64,000 nucleotides of DNA from a bacterium (GTDB lineage: Bacteria; Desulfobacterota; Desulfocorpusculales; Desulfocorpusculum): NCBI GenBank assembly GCA_037481695.1, contig JBBFLE010000002.1, positions 16,661 through 80,660 on the forward strand, written 5' to 3'. The notes beneath the pieces are model-generated. The model was not told where the DNA came from, did no database searches, and saw nothing but the letters and a program-made list of their open reading frames with translations. Positions 1 to 10,149 of the stretch are shown here, in pieces (the first letter of the stretch is position 1; the number at the start of each line of letters is the position of its first letter). Both the position numbers and the translations under genes were made by a program.

Positions 1-207
1 CTCGGTGACTACCAGCACAGTTCCCTCTGTGGGCAGATCCACCCATTCCAACTCGTCGGAGAGACACTCTGGGCAGACCACACGAGGCGGGAATGCTTTT
101 GAACCGCACTTCTTGCACCTTGTGGTGGTGAACCTACCCTGCCTCAAATGTTCGTAAAAAGGATGTACCCGGTTAAACTCCGGTGCCTGTTGAGGATACA
201 GATCCAT
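1..207 (-). CDS. DUF35-type Zn-ribbon/OB-fold protein (partner of SCP-x-type thiolase), partial; C-terminus lies beyond window start
   Basis: Hand translation of the reverse strand from ATG at 207: MDLYPQQAPEFNRVHPFYEHLRQGRFTTTRCKKCGSKAFPPRVVCPECLSDELEWVDLPTEGTVLVVTE, with a CxxC...CxxC zinc ribbon then the start of an OB fold. Sits directly downstream of the thiolase on the same strand and runs off the window edge. Confidence 0.55.
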   Translation of the reverse strand, partial: MDLYPQQAPEFNRVHPFYEHLRQGRFTTTRCKKCGSKAFPPRVVCPECLSDELEWVDLPTEGTVLVVTE

Positions 208-248
208 TGTGCCAATATACTTGCCTTGGAACAGGTCCATGCTCTGCA

Positions 249-1418
249 TCAGGCTTCCCTCCCATATATCAACACCGTGTGAGCCGCTATAAAACCGCTC
301 AAGTTGTGCGTGAGCCCGAACTGTGCCCCCTGCACCTGCCTGGTGGCATCTCCCCTGAGCTGTCGTGTGATCTCTATGGCCTGTCTTATCCCGGTGCCAC
401 CAAAAGGATGGCCGCAAGAAAGAAGCCCGCCGTCGGTGTTCACAGGCACCTTTCCTCCGAAGTCCGACTGACCGTCCTGAATGAATCGCCCCCCTTCGCC
501 TTTCTCACAGAAACCCAAGTCTTCGTATTCTATGATCTCCGAGATGGTAAAGCAGTCGTGGGTTTGAGCCACATTGATCTGAGCCGGACCTATTCCAGCA
601 GCCTTGTAGGCCTGCTGAGCAGCCGTGCGCAGAGCCACCCAGGTGGTCCAGTCAGGCATGTTGGCCGACATGTTATGAACAGAGGCCTGACCTGTTCCCA
701 TTATGTACACCAGGGGCTTGTCCGTCAGCTCTTTGGCCTTTTCTTCACAGGCCAGGATCACTGCTGCTGCACCATCGGTAATGGGACAGCAATCATAGAG
801 CTTCATGGGACGCACGATGGCCTTGGCATTCATGGCCGTGGCCAGGTCGATGGGCTCCTGGAACTGGCCGTTGGGGTTGTTTAGCCCGTTTCGCCTGTTC
901 TTGACCGATACCAGAGCCATCTGCTCTTCGGTGGTGCCGAACTGTTTCATGTGCTGTTTGGCCACCATGGCAAAGGCGGCCGGTGGGAGGCCCAATCCCT
1001 GGGCTCCATCCCAGTCGTGGTCCACAGAGGCCATCTCGCTGTAGAAAACCTCCCATTTCTGAGGCATGTACAGCTTTTCCCCTCCGATCACCATCACCAC
1101 ATCTGCCACCCCCGCCTTTATTAGGCCGTAAGCGGTTATTATTCCTGAGCTGCCACTGGCACAGAGCAACTCCACCCTCATGCAAACGCTCCTAGGTTTA
1201 ATGCCCACATGCTCGGCCACAAGGGGCGCAAGATGCGTCTGAAAGGAGCAGCGTTCGGTGTAAGCCGATGAGACTATGAGACCGTCTACATCCTTGTTGC
1301 TGATGCGAGGGTTGTCCAGGAAACAGGCTCTTGCTGCCTCCTGAAACATGTCCCTCTGCGAGGCGTTTCTAACACCCCACTTGCACATGCCGCCGGCTAT
1401 CACACAGACCCTTCTCAT
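249..1418 (-). CDS. thiolase-family protein (SCP-x / non-classical acetyl-CoA C-acyltransferase type)
   Basis: 389-aa ORF with thiolase-like N-terminus (VIAGGMCKWG, catalytic-Cys region LLCASGSSG) and C-terminal HDCF...GHPFGGTG motifs. Paired with a DUF35 gene downstream. Confidence 0.8.
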   Translation of the reverse strand: MRRVCVIAGGMCKWGVRNASQRDMFQEAARACFLDNPRISNKDVDGLIVSSAYTERCSFQTHLAPLVAEHVGIKPRSVCMRVELLCASGSSGIITAYGLIKAGVADVVMVIGGEKLYMPQKWEVFYSEMASVDHDWDGAQGLGLPPAAFAMVAKQHMKQFGTTEEQMALVSVKNRRNGLNNPNGQFQEPIDLATAMNAKAIVRPMKLYDCCPITDGAAAVILACEEKAKELTDKPLVYIMGTGQASVHNMSANMPDWTTWVALRTAAQQAYKAAGIGPAQINVAQTHDCFTISEIIEYEDLGFCEKGEGGRFIQDGQSDFGGKVPVNTDGGLLSCGHPFGGTGIRQAIEITRQLRGDATRQVQGAQFGLTHNLSGFIAAHTVLIYGREA

Positions 1419-1957
1419 GCACCGACCTCCAGGATGGATTCAGAAACTCGAGCCATGCCATCCAGCTTTCCCAAGAGGCATGACCAGCTGTACTCTATAT
1501 TTCCCTTTTGGTCACGCGGTCTTGCAGAATCATTCCCGATTATACAGTGTGCCAATGCCTTGTCAAATACCTGGCATGCACCTTAGGCTGACTCTATCTT
1601 TTTTTCTTGGTGCAGCAAGCCGATTCAAAGCCCCCTGGGGGGGCCAGGGGTTTTGCTATCCAGCTCCTTTGAATGCACCAGGCCTTTTCTGCGAGAGGCT
1701 CCAAGATCCGGATACAAAAGGATTCATACAGGCTCAACATGGCACAGAACACGTTGCCTCCTTGTTGCCCCAAAAGCAGCCGGATGGGTCCATTGGAGAC
1801 CGAGCTTTGATACTGGTTGATCAGAAAACCCATCTGGTCTAGGATGGGGTGACTTGGCTTTGAGTGGGCAAGTGAGGTTTCAATGGCAGGATCCCCTAGG
1901 TTCAGGAGTTTGAATTCTTTGATGGGGTTTGAGAGGTCTTGGGCCTTACGGGGAAAG

Positions 1958-3373
1958 ATGTTTTTTTCCCAGTGCTTGATCATCTCTTGGCTCTTCTTGG
2001 CCTGTTCCCCATCTCAGGATTCGCAGGAGAAGATTTCCTCGGATCCCATGGGCAAGGTGGAAAAGGTGGATGGGGAAGTCCTGGTAACTCGCCTCGGGGC
2101 CAGAGATGTGGTGCACCTGCATATGGGAGATCCCCTTTTTGGCGGAGACATGGTAAGTACAGAAGCTGGGGGTGCCACGGAAATCCGATTGGGGCAAGAC
2201 TCATTGCTGTCTGTGACAAGCGGCTCCATCATAAGAATCAATCCCACCTTGGACCCCAAGGTCGGGATTTCTTCGTTTTTCTTGCAAAGGGGTCGTGTGC
2301 TGGTAAAGATCCCCACCGACTCCAAGAGCCCAGGAGTCGTGTTAGAGACCTTTCATCTCAAAGCTCTTTTCCGGTCAGGAGAACTGGAAGCTGGGCTGGC
2401 CGAGGATCTGGGGCTGATGATCTGCATGAGGCGAGGGCAAGCCCAAATCGAAGGTGTGGGGGCAAAGATCTCCTTGGCAGCCAAGCAGGAGACAGAGGTG
2501 GAGTTTCTGGAAGCACCGCCTCAGTCAAGGCAATTGAACGAAAGGAGCGAAGCGGACTGGGCTGCCTGGATGGCTGCCAGATTTAGAAATCTGCCCTTGA
2601 AGATTCATGAGCTGGCGGCCAAGATCGATAGATGTCTCAAAGAGACCGCCATTGAAAGATTACAGTTACGCACAGAACTGGACAGAAGGCATCTGGAGCT
2701 GGAGTCTTTGGCCAGATCTCTGGCCGAGGAAGAGCAAGGCCCTCCTGTGGAGCGCCAAGTGGTTTTAAGGAAACTAAGGGCATTGGCAGAGCTTCAAGAA
2801 GACTCCCTGGTTCGTTTGAGGCATCTGGGGACCCGAACAGAACTGCTTCTGGTTGAGGCGGAAAGGCTTCGCAGGCGTGCGGACAACATGAAAAAGGAGC
2901 TTGGGGAGAAGCACTCCAACCTGGGAAATTTCTTTAAACTTCTACTGGAAGGAGGCAGGCCCTTGGCCAAGGCCCTTGCCGAGGAAAGGAATTACCTGGC
3001 CTTTCAGACCGCACAGTGGAAGTCTGTTGTGGATATGGCAGGCGGGTTGCCTTTGGGGCAAATGGAAGAAGAAGCTTCACAGCCTGCCAAGGCTTCAGAT
3101 GAGGGGAAAAAGACAACTGTAAAGCCCTCTGAGAAACAAAATGTCAAGGCTGGCTCTGTTTCCAAGAGCCCAGCTCCCAAGTCCTCCACCGGAGGGACTG
3201 CGAGCCAAACCCAAAAGACCAAGAAATCAAGCCCCGCTTCAGGTCAGAAGGCAGAAAAGCCTACAAAGAAGAGTTCTTCAGGTGGTAAGGTCACCGCTGG
3301 AGGCTCCTCATCCAAGAAGCCCCAGAGTCAGACCACCCAGAAAGAAAACAGGACTAAGGGGACCAATCCCTGA
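1958..3373 (+). CDS. hypothetical protein, possible FecR-like domain, coiled-coil middle and Lys/Ser/Thr-rich low-complexity C-terminal tail
   Basis: Long ORF (track 1883..3373). An internal Met at 1958 precedes a hydrophobic segment (MFFSQCLIISWLFLACSP), so the start is uncertain. Last ~120 aa are K/S/T/G-rich (KKSSPASGQKAEKPTKKSSSGGK). Confidence 0.45.
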   Translation: MFFSQCLIISWLFLACSPSQDSQEKISSDPMGKVEKVDGEVLVTRLGARDVVHLHMGDPLFGGDMVSTEAGGATEIRLGQDSLLSVTSGSIIRINPTLDPKVGISSFFLQRGRVLVKIPTDSKSPGVVLETFHLKALFRSGELEAGLAEDLGLMICMRRGQAQIEGVGAKISLAAKQETEVEFLEAPPQSRQLNERSEADWAAWMAARFRNLPLKIHELAAKIDRCLKETAIERLQLRTELDRRHLELESLARSLAEEEQGPPVERQVVLRKLRALAELQEDSLVRLRHLGTRTELLLVEAERLRRRADNMKKELGEKHSNLGNFFKLLLEGGRPLAKALAEERNYLAFQTAQWKSVVDMAGGLPLGQMEEEASQPAKASDEGKKTTVKPSEKQNVKAGSVSKSPAPKSSTGGTASQTQKTKKSSPASGQKAEKPTKKSSSGGKVTAGGSSSKKPQSQTTQKENRTKGTNP

Positions 3374-3406
3374 GTAAAACCTTTTATGGCAACTGGGAGG
3401 TAGCAG

Positions 3407-4420
3407 ATGGCCGCAGAAATAGTCACAGTGGAGCAGCACATATTACAGGGTCAGAGGGAGTGGGGAGGCAGGGGAGATTTCTCGGCCATTCTTCACCAGA
3501 TCATCCTGGCGGCCAAGATAGTCTCCAGGGAGGTCACCAAGGCAGGCCTCCTGGACATCCTGGGGCCCACAGGCCAGGTCAATGTGACAGGTGACGAGGT
3601 TCAGAAACTGGATGTTTTTGCCAACCGCACCTTCATCCAGGCCTTGAGTTACATAGGCAGGATCTGCGTCATTGCCACCGAGGAGGAAAAAGACCTGGTG
3701 CACATCCCCGAGCAGTACCCCAAGGGTGATTATGCCATTCTTTTTGACCCCCTGGACGGGTCATCCAACATAGATTCCAATGTCTCCATCGGCACAATTT
3801 TTTCGATCTACAGGAGGATCACCCCCAAGGACCAGCCTTGCACCCTGGAGGACGTACTTCAGAAGGGCACAAGGCAGGTGGCCGCAGGCTACATCGTGTA
3901 CGGTTCCTCCACCATGCTTGTTTACACAACAGGCAAGGGGGTCAACGGCTTCACCCTGGATCCCAGTGTGGGAGAGTTTTTCCTTTCTCACCCCAACATA
4001 CGTATTCCAGAAATAGGAAAGATCTATAGTGCCAACGAGTCCCGATATCCTTACTGGAAAAAGGGCACGCGTCAGTACATAGACTATATCAAGCAAGATG
4101 ATCCAGCCACTGGAAGGCCCAAGACCTCCAGGTACATAGGATCTCTGGTGGCCGATTTCCACAGAAACCTCCTCAAGGGAGGCATATTCCTTTACCCAGA
4201 GGACACCAAGGACCCAGGCAGCCCCAGGGGTAAATTGAGACTCATGTACGAGGCCAATCCCCTGGCCCTCCTAGTGGAACAGGCAGGCGGGGCCGCCTCC
4301 ACGGGATATGAGCGCATCCTGGAGATTCAGCCAACGGAATTGCACCAGAGGGTGCCATTGATCATAGGATCCAAGAAGGACGTTGAAACCTATGAACTTT
4401 TTGCCCGCAATAACCTCTGA
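3407..4420 (+). CDS. fbp: fructose-1,6-bisphosphatase class 1
   Basis: 337 aa with FDPLDGSSNIDSNVSIGTIFSIY metal-binding motif and overall class-1 FBPase layout. Confidence 0.9.
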   Translation: MAAEIVTVEQHILQGQREWGGRGDFSAILHQIILAAKIVSREVTKAGLLDILGPTGQVNVTGDEVQKLDVFANRTFIQALSYIGRICVIATEEEKDLVHIPEQYPKGDYAILFDPLDGSSNIDSNVSIGTIFSIYRRITPKDQPCTLEDVLQKGTRQVAAGYIVYGSSTMLVYTTGKGVNGFTLDPSVGEFFLSHPNIRIPEIGKIYSANESRYPYWKKGTRQYIDYIKQDDPATGRPKTSRYIGSLVADFHRNLLKGGIFLYPEDTKDPGSPRGKLRLMYEANPLALLVEQAGGAASTGYERILEIQPTELHQRVPLIIGSKKDVETYELFARNNL

Positions 4421-4498
4421 GATCCCCTGGGCAAAGATCTGCTGGGCAGGGCTAGGTGGGGATCTTCTGGAGAAAAGATCCAGGTTTGACACCCGACA

Positions 4499-5332
4499 GT
4501 GGCAAGGGAATTCATGGACAACGTGATAGTAGAGAAAAAAGGGCCTGTGGTTCTCATTCTCATTAATCGCCCTCATGTACGCAACGCCGTTGACAGAACC
4601 ACTGCAGAGGAGCTGGCAGAGGCCTTCAGAGAATTTCAGCAGGATGACACGATGTTGGCTGCTGTGTTGGGTGGAACTGGTGGCCATTTCTGCGCCGGGG
4701 CTGATCTCAAAGCCTTCAGTCGAGGGGAAGGCAACAGGCTCAGTCCAGAAGGAGACGGGCCCATGGGACCATCCAGGATGTTTCTTTCCAAACCTGTGGT
4801 GGCCGCTGTTGCCGGCCATGCTGTGGCCGGCGGCTTGGAGCTGGCCCTGATGTGCGACCTGCGTGTGGCCGAGAGGGATGCGGTGTTCGGGGTTTTTTGC
4901 AGACGTTGGGGTGTACCTCTCATAGATGGCGGAACCGTGCGCCTCCCGCGCCTCATAGGGCTTTCCAGGGCCCTGGATATGATCCTCACGGGCAGACCCG
5001 TGGGAGCCCAGGAGGCCCTTCAAATGGGCCTGGTCAACAGGGTGGTGGAAAATGGAAAGGCCCTGGAAGAAGCTTATTTGCTGGCCAGGCAAATAAGTAG
5101 CTTCCCCCAGGTATGTCTCAGAAATGATAGGCTCTCGACTTATCAGGGCATGGATCTTTCTTTCTCAGAGGCCATGCAAAACGAGTTCGCCCTGGGCATG
5201 CAAACAATTCAAAGCGGGGAATCCCTGAAGGGAGCAGCCAGGTTTGCCATGGGAGAAGGCCGCCACGGAACTTTCCATCAAGGGTCTGAGTCTCCACCCA
5301 CTGAGCCCTTATCCCTCCCCGAAAATGAATAG
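4499..5332 (+). CDS. enoyl-CoA hydratase/isomerase (crotonase) family protein
   Basis: 277 aa with crotonase-fold oxyanion-hole region (GGHFCAGADLKAF, AAVAGHAVAGGLELALMCDLRVA). Track start is GTG at 4499; an ATG at 4514 is an alternative. Confidence 0.8.
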   Translation: MAREFMDNVIVEKKGPVVLILINRPHVRNAVDRTTAEELAEAFREFQQDDTMLAAVLGGTGGHFCAGADLKAFSRGEGNRLSPEGDGPMGPSRMFLSKPVVAAVAGHAVAGGLELALMCDLRVAERDAVFGVFCRRWGVPLIDGGTVRLPRLIGLSRALDMILTGRPVGAQEALQMGLVNRVVENGKALEEAYLLARQISSFPQVCLRNDRLSTYQGMDLSFSEAMQNEFALGMQTIQSGESLKGAARFAMGEGRHGTFHQGSESPPTEPLSLPENE

Positions 5333-5364
5333 GCCGGGCTAGCCCTCCCAGGAATCAAGCCCAG

Positions 5365-6870
5365 TTACCTCCTATAATTCTTCAGGAACTCCACCAGCAG
5401 CCTGACTCCGAATCCGGTGGCTCCTTTGGGTCTGTAGGGTCGGTCCTTGTCTGTCCAGACAGGCCCTGCAATGTCTAGATGGATCCAGGGGGTCTCTCCC
5501 ACAAATTTCTTAAGAAACAGGGCCCCTTGTATGGCACCTGCCTCTCTGCCTCCGGAATTCTTCACATCCGCCACGTCGCTCTTTATGAGCTCTTCGTACT
5601 CTTCCTTCAAAGGCAAGGGCCAGATGTCCTCTCCTGTGATTTCAGATGCCTTCCTGAGTTGTTCCATGGCCTCCTGGTGGGTTCCCATGAGGCCTGCTAT
5701 CTGGTCACCCAAGGCCACTATGCAAGCCCCGGTCAGGGTGGCCAAATCAATTATTAGATCTGGCTTGTATCTTAGGGCGTATGAGAGGGCATCAGCCAGG
5801 ATGACCCTTCCTTCGGCATCTGTGTTGCTGACCTCAATGCTCTTGCCTGAAAAGGTGGTGAGCACATCCCCTGGTTTGTATGCAGAGCCAGAAGGCATGT
5901 TCTCGGTGGCAGGAATCACGCCCACCAGGTGTAGAGGAAGTTTCAACTTGGCCACAGCCTTCAGTACACCCAAGACCACAGCCCCTCCGGCCATATCGTC
6001 TTTCATCTGATCCATTTTCTCGGCAGGTTTCAGGCTTATTCCACCACTGTCAAAGGTGATTCCCTTGCCCACCAAGGCCAGGGTGGGTGAAGCCTTGAAC
6101 CCCTTTCCATATTCCAGGACAATGAGCCTAGGGGGTTCTTTACTGCCGGAGGCCACCCCAAGGATCCCTCCCATGTTCATGGAGCGGAGTTGGTCTTCTT
6201 CCAGCACCGTGCAATGGACTCCCTCGGATTTAGCCATAAGGGCAGCCTGTTCGGCCAAACCTCTGGGAGTCAGATGATTGGAAGGCTGGGAGACCAGATC
6301 CCTGACCCAATAAACCGCCTCGCAGACCGAAACCGCCTCTTCCACAACCCTTGCCATCCTGCCTCCTGGACGCCCCCCAGCAAGAAGCACCATCTGCCTT
6401 GGATCAGTATCCTCAGAAGCCTCCTTCTTATAACCCTTAAACCTGTACAGTCCCAAAAGCGCTCCCTCCACGGCTGCAGAAGCCATGGCCTCTTTGCCCA
6501 ACTGCAAGTTGGGCGGATCCTGAAGACTCACCCCGAACTCCTCCACACTCAGGCTTCTGCAGGCCTGGGCCGCCTTACTCACACCGGCCCTCCAGTCTTC
6601 CAGAGTGAGCTTCTCCATCTTTCCCAGGCCCACCAGCATGAGCCTGCCTGGTGCAAGGGCTCCCATTGTACGTTGAACCAGTATCTCTCCTGGCTTGCCC
6701 TTGAAATCCCCCAAAGCCAAAAGCCTTCTTATCCACCCTTTGGAAGCTCGATCCAGATCCCAGAGAACTCCTTTGTCGGGCCTTGGATTCTCGGCAGTAG
6801 CCACCACCAAAACAGGCCCCCTGTAGGATCCGGGGCTTTGCCCCGAAATGCGAATCTTCATCATGGTCAT
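5365..6870 (-). CDS. pepA: leucyl aminopeptidase (M17 family)
   Basis: 501 aa with M17 signature region (VGKGITFDSGGISLKP, NTDAEGRVILADAL). Confidence 0.9.
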   Translation of the reverse strand: MTMMKIRISGQSPGSYRGPVLVVATAENPRPDKGVLWDLDRASKGWIRRLLALGDFKGKPGEILVQRTMGALAPGRLMLVGLGKMEKLTLEDWRAGVSKAAQACRSLSVEEFGVSLQDPPNLQLGKEAMASAAVEGALLGLYRFKGYKKEASEDTDPRQMVLLAGGRPGGRMARVVEEAVSVCEAVYWVRDLVSQPSNHLTPRGLAEQAALMAKSEGVHCTVLEEDQLRSMNMGGILGVASGSKEPPRLIVLEYGKGFKASPTLALVGKGITFDSGGISLKPAEKMDQMKDDMAGGAVVLGVLKAVAKLKLPLHLVGVIPATENMPSGSAYKPGDVLTTFSGKSIEVSNTDAEGRVILADALSYALRYKPDLIIDLATLTGACIVALGDQIAGLMGTHQEAMEQLRKASEITGEDIWPLPLKEEYEELIKSDVADVKNSGGREAGAIQGALFLKKFVGETPWIHLDIAGPVWTDKDRPYRPKGATGFGVRLLVEFLKNYRR

Positions 6871-6916
6871 CTCCTTACCCCTTCATCCAAGAGCGCATCG
6901 AAGCGTTCAGCCTGCC

Positions 6917-7327
6917 TCAGCCTACGTGCTTCAACAGATCGCTGTAAGTGATGATACCCACCAGGTGCCCCTTCTCGTCGAGCACAGGGAAGCTATTCTT
7001 GCGGGTTTCTATCATGAGCTGTAAGACCCTGGTAAGGGGGTGCTCAGGGCTCACATGAAAAGGCGTTCGGGTCATGAAGTCCGAAACAGGCCCTTTCATG
7101 AGTTCTTCGTACGCAGGGGTCATGGATGTGGGTTGGAATACCAGGGTCTTCAGAAAATCAAATTTGGTCACAACACCCACCAACTTGTCGTCCTCCAGCA
7201 CAGGGAAGCAGTTGTAGTCGTACTGCTCAAATAGTTTTCTTAGCTCCCCGGCAGTGGTCTGGGGTGTAACTGTTCTCACCTCATGGGTCATCACATCCTT
7301 TACTTTCATGAATACAAACCTGTGCAT
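6917..7327 (-). CDS. CBS domain pair protein
   Basis: 136 aa with two CBS-like repeats (VMTHEVRTVTPQTTAGEL..., VSDFMTRTPFHVSPEHPLTRVLQLMIE...). Confidence 0.8.
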   Translation of the reverse strand: MHRFVFMKVKDVMTHEVRTVTPQTTAGELRKLFEQYDYNCFPVLEDDKLVGVVTKFDFLKTLVFQPTSMTPAYEELMKGPVSDFMTRTPFHVSPEHPLTRVLQLMIETRKNSFPVLDEKGHLVGIITYSDLLKHVG

Positions 7328-7498
7328 TTCGCCTTCTCCTTTTCTTGGAGCCGATCCTCACCTCAAGGCCGCCCCAAAAAGCCCATTAAAAGGTTAATCC
7401 GCAAAGCTTGGAAGCCCGCACTTTTCAGGGAAAAAATGATGCGGGCCATATTTGGGATCTCTCCATAGAAACCCTCCTGTTTTCAAAGAACGCATATC

Positions 7499-9958
7499 TC
7501 AGGCCTTCCAGAACCGCCTCATTCCCTCTGCCATTTCTCTGAGTTTCATGTCTACCAAGTAGTTGACCGTACCTTCGGGGAACATGTTGTCAGGCCCCTT
7601 TTGCCCTGCCTCAACTCCTGTGAGTATCTGGATACCTTCATCCACCGTGTTCACAGCAATGACGGAAAACTTCCCCTGGGCCACCGCCTCCACCACATCT
7701 TGTCTCAACATCAGGTCTCCCACATTGCGCGCCGGAATCATCACTCCCTGCGTGCCACTCAAGCCTTTTATCCTACACACATCGAAGAATCCCTCTATCT
7801 TCTCATTCACCCCTCCTATGGGCTGTATCTCGCCTTTCTGATTTATTGAGCCTGTGACAGCTATGTCCTGCCTGATGGGGAGCCCGCATAGGCTCGAGAG
7901 GATAGCATAGAGTTCTGTGGAAGAGGCGCTGTCTCCCTCCACACCGCTATAAGACTGCTCGAAGCATATGCTGGCGCTAATGCTCAGGGGTTTGTCCTGG
8001 GCATAGCGGCCCCTTAGATACCCGGCCAGGATCTGGACACCTTTGTTGTGGATGGGGCCGCCCAGTTCACTCTCTCTCTCTATGTTTATTACCCCCTCCC
8101 TGCCCATGGAGGTCTGGGCTGTGATGCGGGAGGGTTTGCCGAAAGATATGTCTCCTATGTCGTACACAGCCAGACCATTGACCACCCCGACCTTCCAGCC
8201 CTCGGTATCTATGAGCACAGAGCCTTCTGCGATCATCTCCCTGAGCTTCTCCTCCACCAGATTGAACCTCCAGTGGCGGCTCTCCACTGCACGCTCCACA
8301 TGAGAGGCCATGACTGTGCAGGCCCCCTCTTTTCTGGCCCAGTAGGCCGACTCTCTTATGACGTCCGCCACCTGGTGGAAACGTGTACTTATGCGGGTCT
8401 TTCGACCAGCAAGGCGAACACCGTGCTGCACCACGGCTGCCACTGCCTCCTGGTGGAATGCAGGAAGGTTTTCTTTTTGACATATCTTGCGCACAAACTC
8501 AGAGTACTTCCGTACGGCTTCTTGGCTGTTCTCCATGACAGTATCGAAGTCGGCTTTTATCTTGAAGACCTTCTTGAAGTCCTCGTCCCTGTGAAAGAGG
8601 ATGTAGTACACCTCTGAGTCGCCTATCATGATCACCTTCACATCTGTTTTTATAGGCTCAGGCTTCAAAGAAGCTGCTGCAAAAAACGAGAAGGGATCAA
8701 AATTTTGGATCTCCACCTCCCCATGCTTGATGCTCTTCTTGAGAGCCTGCCAAACCCCCGGCTCCATCAGAGCATCCAGGGCCTGTATGATCAGATATCC
8801 CCCATTGGCCTTAACATAAGAGCCTGCCTTTATTTTTGTGAAATCCGTCCTCCAGACCCCTCCCCTGGGATCAAAGGTGCGTTCTATGCTCCCAAAAAGG
8901 TTCCTGTAAGTGGGGTAAGCTTCTATGACCACAGGAGCTCCTTGGGTCTCTGAATTGTCCACCAACAAATTCACCTGAAACACAGAGAAGGGGTCCTGAG
9001 ATTCTGCAGATTGCCCCACAAGCATACCTTGGGGAGGCGTTTCGGGCCTGGGCCTGAATAAATCAAGATGCTCCAGAATGTAATTGCGAGCCTCTTCCAG
9101 GTATATGGCCGCCTTGGCCCTGTCCAGCTGTTCTCGTATGGGCTCCATCTCTTCTGAAACCAGGGGTCCTACCATCTCCCTGTCCAGGTTATTCATCTTT
9201 TCTTGGAGCTCCTTCTCCAGGTCCCGTACCCTCAGTATCCTCTCCCCCATCTCCCGCATCAGTTCCTCGTAACGAACCCTCATCTGCTCCAGCTTTTCAG
9301 GGGGGAAGCCTCCTGTTTCCGCCAAGGTCTCCAGTTGTTCCCAAGGCACAGGCTGACCTTCCACCAAAGGCAGCAGCTCTGTGCGGGAGGCCGCCCCCAT
9401 GGGAATGACCACCATGTTGAAACCCTCTCCGGCGATCTTGCGCTCAAACTCCTTGTAAATGGACTTCTCCTGAGTCCGAATGCGCTCCAGGATGTTCTTC
9501 CTCCTCTCCTGGTACACCTCTGACTCGAAAAGCTTGGGTATCTTTTCTCTCAAGGATTCCAAAAGCTTCTCCATCTGTTTCTTGAACCAAACTCCTTTAC
9601 CCGGAGGAAAATCCAGCACTTTCGGGCAGTCGGGATCTTTGAAGTTGTTGACATAACATAGATCATCCGGCACAGGCCTCTGCTTCTTGAGATCCTCCAG
9701 GAGACGTTTCACAGCAGTGCTTCGGCCAGTACCTGTGGCACCGCAAACATAGATATTGTAGCCCTCCCCCTCTATCTCGAGGCCCATTTTCAGGGCCTCG
9801 ACTCCCCTGAGTTGACCCACGATCTCGCCTGAGGCCTGGACCTCATCAGTGGTAAGAAACCCCATGCATCCTGGATCGCACCTCCATCTCAGGTCCTCTA
9901 CAGGCACTTTGGGAATGTCTTTGAAGGCTCTAAGCTCCATGATGTCTCTCCTCTCCAC
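7499..9958 (-). CDS. Lon-like ATP-dependent protease (AAA+ ATPase plus S16 peptidase domain; LonB/COG1067-type)
   Basis: 819 aa. Walker A CGATGTGRST near the N-terminus. C-terminal Lon proteolytic domain with Ser in GVEGDSASSTELYAILS and Lys in GGVNEKIEG. Confidence 0.75.
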   Translation of the reverse strand: MERRDIMELRAFKDIPKVPVEDLRWRCDPGCMGFLTTDEVQASGEIVGQLRGVEALKMGLEIEGEGYNIYVCGATGTGRSTAVKRLLEDLKKQRPVPDDLCYVNNFKDPDCPKVLDFPPGKGVWFKKQMEKLLESLREKIPKLFESEVYQERRKNILERIRTQEKSIYKEFERKIAGEGFNMVVIPMGAASRTELLPLVEGQPVPWEQLETLAETGGFPPEKLEQMRVRYEELMREMGERILRVRDLEKELQEKMNNLDREMVGPLVSEEMEPIREQLDRAKAAIYLEEARNYILEHLDLFRPRPETPPQGMLVGQSAESQDPFSVFQVNLLVDNSETQGAPVVIEAYPTYRNLFGSIERTFDPRGGVWRTDFTKIKAGSYVKANGGYLIIQALDALMEPGVWQALKKSIKHGEVEIQNFDPFSFFAAASLKPEPIKTDVKVIMIGDSEVYYILFHRDEDFKKVFKIKADFDTVMENSQEAVRKYSEFVRKICQKENLPAFHQEAVAAVVQHGVRLAGRKTRISTRFHQVADVIRESAYWARKEGACTVMASHVERAVESRHWRFNLVEEKLREMIAEGSVLIDTEGWKVGVVNGLAVYDIGDISFGKPSRITAQTSMGREGVINIERESELGGPIHNKGVQILAGYLRGRYAQDKPLSISASICFEQSYSGVEGDSASSTELYAILSSLCGLPIRQDIAVTGSINQKGEIQPIGGVNEKIEGFFDVCRIKGLSGTQGVMIPARNVGDLMLRQDVVEAVAQGKFSVIAVNTVDEGIQILTGVEAGQKGPDNMFPEGTVNYLVDMKLREMAEGMRRFWKA

Positions 9959-10149
9959 GCATCAAGGTACCCAACCTGAGCCATCTGCCGGGACTCGTAG
10001 CCTGCCCCAATGGATCTCACAATGATAAAGCCCGATTCCTCCTATGGGGCCTTTCCCCGTTTTGAACCTGAATCGTTGCGCTCTGGCAGAAATCGGGCTG
10101 GAGTTCTAAGAAAAGACGCCTTTGGGGGAGCCATTGCCTCAGCTTGAGG

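Noticed and set aside
183-884. 233-aa plus-strand ORF
   Set aside because: Antisense to the well-supported thiolase gene; its translation has no motif and is a typical shadow ORF in GC-rich DNA.
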